From Candidatus Poribacteria bacterium (lineage in GTDB: Bacteria > Poribacteria > WGA-4E > PCPOR2b): 64,000 nt of DNA. Below the pieces are notes generated by a model. It ran no database searches and was not told the origin of the DNA. It was given only the letters and a program-made list of their open reading frames with translations. The stretch is taken from the NCBI GenBank assembly GCA_965198175.1, contig OZ240245.1:608001-672000 (forward strand), read 5' to 3'. Positions 48,624 through 56,467 of the stretch are shown here, piece by piece (position 1 is the stretch's first letter; each line of letters starts with the position of its first letter). Made by a program: the position numbers and the translations under genes.

Positions 48624-48734
48624 TTAGTTTTTTACGATTGCGACAATCGTTGCTAGAGAGAATAAGACGATAAATATCGCGAATAAGAGCAAACCGATAC
48701 ACCGGTTTCGCTTCCGCTTTTTATGGTCGTTCAT
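48624..48734 (-). CDS. 36-aa single-TM protein (CoxF-like), absent from the ORF track
   Basis: MNDHKKRKRNRCIGLLLFAIFIVLFSLATIVAIVKN; fills the gap after ctaB; GGGAG upstream. Confidence 0.65.
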   Translation of the reverse strand: MNDHKKRKRNRCIGLLLFAIFIVLFSLATIVAIVKN

Positions 48735-48757
48735 CTGAATTTTATGCTCCCAATCCG

Positions 48758-49660
48758 TTACGACATCTTGTCAAGTGCCATCGCTAGAAACACAAGTGGT
48801 AAGTATATCAATGAAGCGTACAGCAAGCGTTTCGCTGCTGCGGTCGATCGAGAAATTGAGAGGCTGATGCCAAACCCAAGAAAAACGATGCTCAACGCGA
48901 GTGCGGCGAAAAAATAAACGATACCTGCGATGCCGATTAGCGTGGGCAGCAGTGCCACAACGAGAAGGCCGAGACAGTTGCTGACAATCTGCCTCCCCGT
49001 GCTCTTGCCATCCGGATCAATTACCGGCAGCAAGCGGAATCCTGCCTGCGCATATTCATCGCGGTAGATACACGCGATTGACAGTGAGTGGGGTAGTTGC
49101 CAGAGGAACAGAATCGAGAAAAGCACGCACGCCTCAATATTAAGCGATTCTCGCGCTGCAACCCAACCAATAACGGGTGGTAATGCGCCCGGCACCGCAC
49201 CCACAACGGTACAGAGTGATGTCTTCTGCTTCAGTGGGGTATAAACGAACAGATACGTTACAACGATGGCGGAGGTGACCAATGCGCTTAAAGCGTTCAC
49301 GGAAAATGCCATATAGATTAAACCGCTAGCGGTCAGTAAAACTCCAAATGACAGAGCTGTAGTCGGTTGAAGCCGCCGATCCGGCAACGGGCGGCGACAC
49401 GTCCGCACCATCTGGGCATCCAGATCGCGTTCAAGATACTGATTCAGGGCTAATACTCCCGCTGCTGATAATCCCGTGCCGATAATGGTGTGAATGAACT
49501 TCAGCCACTCTAGCGGCTGCGGGGAGGCGAGATAAAAACCGACTGAAGTTGTAATCAGTATCATTGATACGAGCCGTGGCTTTGTCAACTCAACAAAAGT
49601 TGACACGCGGCGGCTCATTAGGGATAAATCGCTATCTAGCGTCTCTGTTGTTGGTATCAT
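48758..49660 (-). CDS. ctaB: Protoheme IX farnesyltransferase (haem o synthase)
   Basis: ELTKPR, NQYLERDLD..M.RT..RPLP, YTPLK, GALPP, WQLPH. Confidence 0.95.
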   Translation of the reverse strand: MIPTTETLDSDLSLMSRRVSTFVELTKPRLVSMILITTSVGFYLASPQPLEWLKFIHTIIGTGLSAAGVLALNQYLERDLDAQMVRTCRRPLPDRRLQPTTALSFGVLLTASGLIYMAFSVNALSALVTSAIVVTYLFVYTPLKQKTSLCTVVGAVPGALPPVIGWVAARESLNIEACVLFSILFLWQLPHSLSIACIYRDEYAQAGFRLLPVIDPDGKSTGRQIVSNCLGLLVVALLPTLIGIAGIVYFFAALALSIVFLGFGISLSISRSTAAAKRLLYASLIYLPLVFLAMALDKMS

Positions 49661-49680
49661 GCGGATACCTCGTCGGAAAC

Positions 49681-49759
49681 GATCAACCGACCGAATAGGG
49701 AGGGCGATAGTCTTAACCGGCAGTGAAAACTATCGCTTTCGCTATCCGCTCAGTTGATC
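49681..49759. repeat. 79-bp GATC-bounded palindrome overlapping the ctaA 3' end
   Basis: 34-bp arms (7 mismatches) around an 11-nt loop AACCGGCAGTG. Confidence 0.85.
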
Positions 49760-50843
49760 TTGTGAAACGAAACACGTTCAAAACCAATAGGACGGCACTG
49801 ACCATCATTAACGCACCAATCGCAACATGGGCGGTGGTGATTGCTACACCGGCGACAGGAGACACACCTTCCCCAAGGGCGGTGAACTCGATGAGATATG
49901 CCCCGACGCCTAGCGTCAATTGTACGGCGAGTAGACCACTCAATAGCAATATAAGACGAACAAGAAGCCGATTCTCAAGATAATCGTTCAATATCCGCCT
50001 CAAAAGCAAGAATATGTGAATTGCCACTAAGCCTGCGAAAAGCAGATGGGCATCCAGCCGATTCCCGGTATGCCTCAACACAGCGCCGAAGATGTATTGG
50101 ATATAGATGAGACATAATGTGGTGAGACTCAAGCTTCTCAAGCGAGAAGCGTTTGTGGTATCAATTTTCTCCAATGTACCCAACCATCCACGCGAAGTAA
50201 ATAACGCGAGACTTGCGGTTAGCGCAAAAAATGCTTGGGCAAAACAGGCGTGTATGATGGCGAGTGCTCTGCTGAGGTTTGTGACACGCATGCCGCCCAT
50301 CACCCCTTGAACAACAACCGCGACGACTGCAATAACGCTTAGCCATTTCATCCATTTCCGATTATCCTTCACCAAGATTGATACCATCAACCAATTCGTC
50401 AGAAAACCAACGACAGCCCCAATCAGCCGATGGCTATGTTCGTACAGAACACCGTGAACGTATACATCGAGCCGCTCACCGGATTTGATTAGCGTATAGG
50501 TGCGCCCGTTCTCGTCATCCGTGAGCCTCCATCTGCTGCCTCGTTCTTCCGCTGAAATTATAACATTTTCTGACACCGAAATCTTTTTTTCAAGTGCCGT
50601 CCGTAGACCGCCGGACAAATTACTGTCATCCAGATCGGCTTGAAGACTTGGGTCAATGCTGAACAGAAATCCGCTGACCGTTTTGGAGAGCGGATAGAGA
50701 AACATGTTGTATCCGAAGGTCGTGGGCCAATCGGGTACAGCAAGCCCTGAATCTGTGCTCGTCACAAGCCCGCCCATACAGATCAGGATGAACGTCATCA
50801 CAGCGGTGAGGACAGCAAGTCCATAAAGCCATCGCCGATACAT
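49713..50843 (-). CDS. ctaA: Haem A synthase (COX15/CtaA)
   Basis: GGLVTSTDSGLAVPDWP, EHSHRL, QGVMGGMRV, IIHACFAQ, GAVLRH, TAHV. Confidence 0.9.
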   Translation of the reverse strand: MYRRWLYGLAVLTAVMTFILICMGGLVTSTDSGLAVPDWPTTFGYNMFLYPLSKTVSGFLFSIDPSLQADLDDSNLSGGLRTALEKKISVSENVIISAEERGSRWRLTDDENGRTYTLIKSGERLDVYVHGVLYEHSHRLIGAVVGFLTNWLMVSILVKDNRKWMKWLSVIAVVAVVVQGVMGGMRVTNLSRALAIIHACFAQAFFALTASLALFTSRGWLGTLEKIDTTNASRLRSLSLTTLCLIYIQYIFGAVLRHTGNRLDAHLLFAGLVAIHIFLLLRRILNDYLENRLLVRLILLLSGLLAVQLTLGVGAYLIEFTALGEGVSPVAGVAITTAHVAIGALMMVSAVLLVLNVFRFTRSTERIAKAIVFTAG

Positions 50844-50896
50844 TGAATCGGTTTTTCCTTCCCACCGTTTAGTGGTTTAGAACGATTAGCAGATCC

Positions 50897-52741
50897 CTAA
50901 TCAGCGCTGGCTCCGGCAGGTATCGGTGCGTCGTGCAACGATTCGCCGTTCGGCTGCGTTTGTGGAATCCAGTCCGTTTCAGCACCCGGAACGCTGTATT
51001 CATAGGGACCGTGATATACGTGCGGAATCGCTTCAAAGTTGCCATGGGGGACAGGCGTCGGCGCCTGCCATTCCAAAGTGTTCGCTTGCCACGGATTTTG
51101 TTCAGCCACCTTCCCGCGGACCATACTCCAAAATACGTTGATTAGCAGCAGAATCTGAGCTGTGCCCAAAATAAATGCACAGATGGTGATGAACTCGTTA
51201 ATCCCTTGAAGATGTGCCATATCGGTGTCTAGCGGATTATGGATGCGTCTACGAAGTCCGGCCACGCCGAGGATATGCATCGGGAAGAAGACGCCGTTAA
51301 AGGCGATGAACGAGATCCAAAAATGAATTTTGCCCAGGGCCTCATTCATGTGCCGTCCAAACATCTTGGGGAACCAGTAAAAGATGCCGCCGAAGATAGC
51401 GAAGACGCTCCCACCGAAGACGACATAATGGATATGCGCTACGATGTAATACGTATCGTGGATGAAGATATCTACCGGCGAATTTGCCATATAGATACCG
51501 CTGAGACCGCCAATGACGAACATCGAGACAAAGGCGAGCGTGTTTAACATCGGCACTGTGAATCGGATTGATGCACGGAAAAGGGTGCCAAGCCAGTTGA
51601 AAGTTTTTATTGCCGAAGGGACAGCGATTATCATGGTAGTAACCATGAAGCTCATCCCCAATGCAGGGTTCATTCCGCTCTGGAACATGTGGTGTCCCCA
51701 CACAATCCAACTGAGAAAGGCGATCGCCATCATGGCATAGACCATTGACCTATAGCCGAAGATGGGCTTTCTCGAAAAGACAGGAAGCATTTCTGACGCC
51801 ATACCCATGCCGGGCAAAATGAGGATATAAACCTCCGGATGCGCGAAGAACCAGAAAAGGTGTTGCCATAACAACGCTTCACCCCCGCCTGCCGGAGAAA
51901 AGAAGGACGTTCCCGCCATGCGGTCGAAGAGGATTAGCGCGAGCGCAGAAGCCACGACAGGAAATGCAAGCAGAAGAAGAATTGCGACGATAAAGAGGGA
52001 CCAGATCACAAGCGGAAGACGGAAGTACGTCATCCCCGGTGCTCGCATATTGATAATTGTGGTAATATAGTTGATTGACCCCATCAGCGAGGAGATGCCC
52101 ATGACGATAAGGCTGATGCACCAGAGATTCTGCCCCCAATCCACTCCGCTATACTCAGGGATTGAAGAGAGTGGCGCGTAGCCAGTCCAACCCGCGGCAG
52201 CGTGTCCACCGGGCACAAAGAACCCAGCCATCATGATAACTGCTCCGAGCATGTTGGACCAGAAGGAAAGCATATTTAGGAGCGGGAACGCCATATCTCT
52301 AGTCCCAATCATCAGCGGAATCAGGAAATTACCAAACGCACCAACGAGCAGCGGTACAACTACGAAGAAAACCATGATGGTGGCGTGCATCGTAAACAGC
52401 GAGTTATAAAATGCCGGTTCTATTATCCCGCTGGGCATGTTTGTTTCTAACCAGGTGTCTTTATCGTCATCATAGCCTTCCTCCCACTTTCGGTCTGCAG
52501 CGGTTGCAACTTCACCGGTCTCCAGATATGTTTCGGACACCCCAATTATCGGGAGCGGTCTGCCAGGCCAGGCTAGTTGCCAACGGAAAAGCAGCGCAAG
52601 CCCGCCCCCGACAATGAACATGATCAATCCGAAGATTAGGAACTGCTTGCCTATCGTTTTATGATCGAGCGAAAAGAGGTATTTACGAACAAAACTCTCT
52701 TCATGGTGATAATCATGTGATTCCTGTGCGTGATCGTTCAT
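50897..52741 (-). CDS. ctaD: Cytochrome c oxidase subunit I (A family)
   Basis: DHKTIG, TMHAT, WFFAHPEVY, WGHHMF, AHIHY, RR. Confidence 0.97.
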   Translation of the reverse strand: MNDHAQESHDYHHEESFVRKYLFSLDHKTIGKQFLIFGLIMFIVGGGLALLFRWQLAWPGRPLPIIGVSETYLETGEVATAADRKWEEGYDDDKDTWLETNMPSGIIEPAFYNSLFTMHATIMVFFVVVPLLVGAFGNFLIPLMIGTRDMAFPLLNMLSFWSNMLGAVIMMAGFFVPGGHAAAGWTGYAPLSSIPEYSGVDWGQNLWCISLIVMGISSLMGSINYITTIINMRAPGMTYFRLPLVIWSLFIVAILLLLAFPVVASALALILFDRMAGTSFFSPAGGGEALLWQHLFWFFAHPEVYILILPGMGMASEMLPVFSRKPIFGYRSMVYAMMAIAFLSWIVWGHHMFQSGMNPALGMSFMVTTMIIAVPSAIKTFNWLGTLFRASIRFTVPMLNTLAFVSMFVIGGLSGIYMANSPVDIFIHDTYYIVAHIHYVVFGGSVFAIFGGIFYWFPKMFGRHMNEALGKIHFWISFIAFNGVFFPMHILGVAGLRRRIHNPLDTDMAHLQGINEFITICAFILGTAQILLLINVFWSMVRGKVAEQNPWQANTLEWQAPTPVPHGNFEAIPHVYHGPYEYSVPGAETDWIPQTQPNGESLHDAPIPAGASAD

Positions 52742-52765
52742 TCTACATTGACTCCTTTCTTTTCA

Positions 52766-53452
52766 TTATTCTGGCCACCGTTCACTCATCCACGCAGCGT
52801 AATCTTCATCAGTGTGGACAGTAAGGTATCCGAGCATCCCAGAGTGCCCAAACCCGCAAAGCTCCGCGCACGGAATCTCGTATGTGCCGGACTTCGTTGC
52901 TTCGAACCAGACGTTGATAAACCTCCCTGGAAGCGCATCCTGCTTGAGACGGAGTTGAGGGACAAAGAAGCTGTGAATAACATCATCGGATGTCAGCCTG
53001 ATATGCACCACCTTATTAACGGGGACATGAAGTTGGTTCTCAAGTTGCAGGTCGTCGTCAGTTCCCCATTCACCGTCAGGTCCCGGATAAGTGATATCCC
53101 AGTTGAATTGCTTACCGTTCACTTGAACGACGGCGCCGGGGTTACCGGGAAATTGGGAGGGGGATTTAATCTTGTTCCATTGTGGCAGGCTGAACATCGC
53201 GAGCCCAAACACAATTACAGCGGTCGCAATCGTCCACACAAATTCAAGTGTCGCATTACCGTGGATGTACCCTGCTCTACGGCCTTCCTGAAAGCGATAT
53301 TTGATGAGGAAAACAATCAAAGTAATCACCACAACCAGAAACGCAATCGAAGTAATCCAGTAAATAGCGACAAACAGGTTGTCAACCCCTCTACCAAAGG
53401 TTGATACGTTTTCTGGAAGCCACTCAGGAAAATTCAGCCATTTAAGCATCAA
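52766..53452 (-). CDS. ctaC: Cytochrome c oxidase subunit II (no fused cytochrome c)
   Basis: LEFVWT, DVIHSF, CAELCGFGHSGM (CuA). Confidence 0.96.
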   Translation of the reverse strand: MMLKWLNFPEWLPENVSTFGRGVDNLFVAIYWITSIAFLVVVITLIVFLIKYRFQEGRRAGYIHGNATLEFVWTIATAVIVFGLAMFSLPQWNKIKSPSQFPGNPGAVVQVNGKQFNWDITYPGPDGEWGTDDDLQLENQLHVPVNKVVHIRLTSDDVIHSFFVPQLRLKQDALPGRFINVWFEATKSGTYEIPCAELCGFGHSGMLGYLTVHTDEDYAAWMSERWPE

Positions 53453-53474
53453 AATCTCCTTTCTTTATTTATAG

Positions 53475-53553
53475 GATCAACCGAGTGAATAACGAGGGCG
53501 ATAGTTCTAACCGACAGTGAAGACTATCGCGCTCACTATTCGTTCGCTTGATT
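53475..53553. repeat. 79-bp GATC palindrome
   Basis: GATCAACCGAGTG...AACCGACAGTG...CGCTTGATT; ends immediately before the permease stop codon on the + strand. Confidence 0.85.
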
Positions 53554-54327
53554 CTAACTTGCCGCTGTTCGCGCGGCACCTACATACGTCAAAATACAGA
53601 ACAAGCTGGTTATTAATAAAGATAGTGCAAGTTGCGGTATCTCCCCGGCGCCTGCAGCATTATCGAGATATAAACATCGGCGTAAAGCTGCGACGCCGTA
53701 GGTTAACGGATTGAGTTTCATCACCCATTCGAAATACGCGGGTACTCCGGAGATTGGGAAAAAAGCGCCGGAAAGAATCCAAATTGGGAACAGAATTAAA
53801 TTCATAATCGCATGAAATCCTTGAGGCGAATCCATACGCCAAGCAATCATCAAGCCGAGGTTTGTCAGCCCAAAGGAGAGTAGAGCAATTATCCCTACTG
53901 TTGCGGGCGTAGAAGCTATACTCAAGCTCACACCAACCACGGGCGCGAGACAAAGAAAAAGTACGCCCTGTAGAAGCGCTAAGGTTGTGCCACCGAGCGC
54001 TTGACCGAGAACGATAGACCACCTTGGAACCGGTGCAACAAGTACACCCTGCAGGAATCCCTCTCGGCGATCTTGAACAATCGAAATAGTTGCGAAAATC
54101 GCGGTAAACAAGAGTACCAGCACAATTATGCCAGCATACAAATATTCAAAATATCCAGTTGTTTCTGGCGCGCCAGTCGGTCGAAACGATTGTCCTAATC
54201 CCGCCCCCAACAGTAGCCAGAAGACCAGAGGCTGCGCGAATGCACTGATTAGACGACTTCGCTGCCGGAAAAATCTTATGACCTCACGCCACCATAAGGT
54301 CATCACAGGGAGTAAAAGTCTTCTCAT
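53554..54327 (-). CDS. ABC-2 type permease
   Basis: WWREVIRFFRQ, DRREGFLQGVLVAP, SGAFFP, NPLTY. Start at MRRLL because the upstream extension is repeat-derived. Confidence 0.9.
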   Translation of the reverse strand: MRRLLLPVMTLWWREVIRFFRQRSRLISAFAQPLVFWLLLGAGLGQSFRPTGAPETTGYFEYLYAGIIVLVLLFTAIFATISIVQDRREGFLQGVLVAPVPRWSIVLGQALGGTTLALLQGVLFLCLAPVVGVSLSIASTPATVGIIALLSFGLTNLGLMIAWRMDSPQGFHAIMNLILFPIWILSGAFFPISGVPAYFEWVMKLNPLTYGVAALRRCLYLDNAAGAGEIPQLALSLLITSLFCILTYVGAARTAAS

Positions 54328-54335
54328 GACGGTAA

Positions 54336-54414
54336 GATCAAGCGAACGGATAGTGAGTGCGATTGTCTTCACTGTCGGTTAAAACTATCGCCTTCGCTAT
54401 CTGCTCAGTTGATC
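54336..54414. repeat. 79-bp GATC palindrome, opposite orientation to the 53475 copy
   Basis: Reverse complement aligns without gaps to 53475-53553; contains the ATPase stop codon. Confidence 0.85.
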
Positions 54415-55350
54415 CCCATTTTCGTTGATGGCTGCTTCCGCGAAGCGATGGCCGGTCACTTTGATAAATACATCTTCTAACGTCGGCTTTCCGAAGCGCA
54501 CCGATTGAATCTCTTGAGGAAATGCGGCGACTACGTCTCGAGCAAACTCATGCCCTTGAGCACATTCTATGCGTAGCGATTTGTCAACCAAGGAAGAGCC
54601 ATACCCAAACTGCTGATTGATTCTTGTGGCTAACCCTTCAAGATCTGACGCATCAATTATGACAACGTCCGCACCCACCTGATCTTTCAACGCCTCCGGG
54701 GTTCCTATGGCAACCAGCTTACCCTCATCAAGAATACCTACACGATCGCACCACTCGGCTTCATCCAAAATGTGGGTCGTCAGCAAGATGGTAGTACCAT
54801 CTTGTTCTCGGAGATATGCAAGATGCAATCTAAACTGCTGACGAATCCCAGGATCGAGTCCCGTGCTCGGTTCATCGAGCAGCAGCAAGCTGGGTCGATG
54901 GAGAATCGCCTTCGCGAGTTCAACCCGCCTTTGCAAACCACCAGAAAGTGTTTCTACCAGATTGCGGCCTCGCTCTGCGAGTCCCAGTTGATCAAGTACA
55001 GTTTGGATTCTGCCTTCGAGTGCCCTGCCCCACAGTCCGTAGAGGTGCCCGTGATGCCGAAGATTTTCAACGACCGTAAGCTTCAAATCTATACTGGGAT
55101 GCTGAAAAACCACCCCCAAGTGTTTTCTGACTTCGTGGGGCTTGTCAGCCTGATCGTAACCGAGCAATCGCACCCTTCCCTTGTTGGCAGGGATAAGGGT
55201 CGAAAGAATCTTAAAAAGCGTGGTCTTTCCTCCTCCATTCGGCCCAAGGATTCCAAAGATCTCACCTTGCGACACATCAAAAGTCACGCCAACCAGCGCT
55301 TTCCGAGCACCATAAGCGTGGTGGAGGTTCTCGACTTCAATAGGAGGCAT
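54397..55350 (-). CDS. ABC transporter ATP-binding protein (DrrA-like)
   Basis: GPNGGGKTT, LSGG, LLLDEP, TTH, PTLEDVF; start MPPIEV after GGAGG. Confidence 0.93.
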   Translation of the reverse strand: MPPIEVENLHHAYGARKALVGVTFDVSQGEIFGILGPNGGGKTTLFKILSTLIPANKGRVRLLGYDQADKPHEVRKHLGVVFQHPSIDLKLTVVENLRHHGHLYGLWGRALEGRIQTVLDQLGLAERGRNLVETLSGGLQRRVELAKAILHRPSLLLLDEPSTGLDPGIRQQFRLHLAYLREQDGTTILLTTHILDEAEWCDRVGILDEGKLVAIGTPEALKDQVGADVVIIDASDLEGLATRINQQFGYGSSLVDKSLRIECAQGHEFARDVVAAFPQEIQSVRFGKPTLEDVFIKVTGHRFAEAAINENGDQLSR

Positions 55351-55360
55351 CTTCTTTCCT

Positions 55361-55504
55361 CCACTTGATGACCTGCAATCCCTACACATCTCCAAGGTTT
55401 CCATCAGTCGTTAGAAACGGCGTATCAAGTTCCAGCACCGCAATCCAAAGGTCGTTTTCCGGAATGAGGGAGCGGCTCGTCTTCCTCAACACCATACGAC
55501 CATA
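55361..55504 (-). pseudogene. VapC/PIN toxin 3' remnant
   Basis: YGRMVLRKTSRSLIPENDLWIAVLELDTPFLTTDGNLGDV*GLQVIKW: PIN NDLWIA motif, T.D, and a typical GL.V..W end with an in-frame stop. Confidence 0.6.
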
Positions 55505-55547
55505 GCATATCATACGATAACTACAGGGCAAACCCGACTTGGGCACC

Positions 55548-56336
55548 TCAGTTCTTGAGTGTGAGCGCGAAGTCCTGTGTGACTGCACCATCGGCGTCAA
55601 CGGTCACAGACGCGGGTGACTCCGTGTTCGTCCCACAAGATTCATGCCAGTAACCAAGTTTGTAGGTTCCCGGCGGCACGTTCTCAAGCTTATACTGCCC
55701 GTTCTCATCGCTGGCTGCAAAGTATGGATGAGGAATGTAAGCGATCCAGGCTTTCATCCAGCCGTGGACATCGCATTTGACAGGCACAGGCCCTTCCGCC
55801 TTTTTTACCGCTTTAACCGGCATCTTCCGCCTGCTGCCCGGCTGCGATTTATTGACGGCAGTGTTCTTTTTACTAAAAATATGGACGTTGTGCATGATTT
55901 TGTCGGGGTTGAGCATGGTTAATCGCTGTCCGACGGGAAGCAAGCGAACATGCGGGCTAAAATGACAGCCTTTCTGATCAAGCTCGTATTTGACCTTAAC
56001 GCCCTTAAGAAAACCTGCGCCTGACGAGATATCCATGAGATAAATGATGGCGTTTTTCAAGCCGTTTCCTTCGCCGACTACAACCGATTCATCAAACTTG
56101 TCAGCTAAACCGCAGACTTCCGGATTCTTTGTGATTTCGAGCTTTTTCATTGTAGGGACTTCGCCCTCAAACGTTACGGTGCCGGTGATGGTGCCCCCGT
56201 TGGAAACACTACCGGCTTCATAACTTTCGGGGAACACAAGCGATTCGACAGCTTCGCCTTTGCCGGCAGCGATGGCACTGGTGACAAAAATGCCCGCAAT
56301 GATGAGGGTTAGAATTGTAACAACTTGGGTTTTCAT
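55548..56336 (-). CDS. Secreted carboxypeptidase-regulatory-like/cupredoxin-like protein
   Basis: Signal peptide, GTITGTV, DQKGCHFSPHV, MHNVH, CDVHGWM, VPPGTY...WHE. Confidence 0.8.
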   Translation of the reverse strand: MKTQVVTILTLIIAGIFVTSAIAAGKGEAVESLVFPESYEAGSVSNGGTITGTVTFEGEVPTMKKLEITKNPEVCGLADKFDESVVVGEGNGLKNAIIYLMDISSGAGFLKGVKVKYELDQKGCHFSPHVRLLPVGQRLTMLNPDKIMHNVHIFSKKNTAVNKSQPGSRRKMPVKAVKKAEGPVPVKCDVHGWMKAWIAYIPHPYFAASDENGQYKLENVPPGTYKLGYWHESCGTNTESPASVTVDADGAVTQDFALTLKN

Positions 56337-56467
56337 GATTGAACTCCTTTTATAGAATTGTTTTCAAGATATTTCGATGCATAGTAGAGTTTTCTAACAA
56401 TTTTTGCTGAATTGCCACCCGCCTAACGTCTAAAGGTAGGCAATCCTCCGTTTCCATGTCCACAAAT

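Noticed and set aside
54328..54372. N-terminal extension MKTIALTIRSLDLTV of the permease, and ORFs at 53517 and 49723 that start similarly
   Set aside because: These are translations of the palindromic repeat, not independent genes.
49681..54414. 79-bp palindromes as integron attC sites (ends GATCAAC...GTTGATC resemble RYYYAAC/GTTRRRY)
   Set aside because: The arms pair without extrahelical bases, some ends are GATCAAG/CTTGATC, copies occur in both orientations within a core respiratory operon, and no integrase is present.
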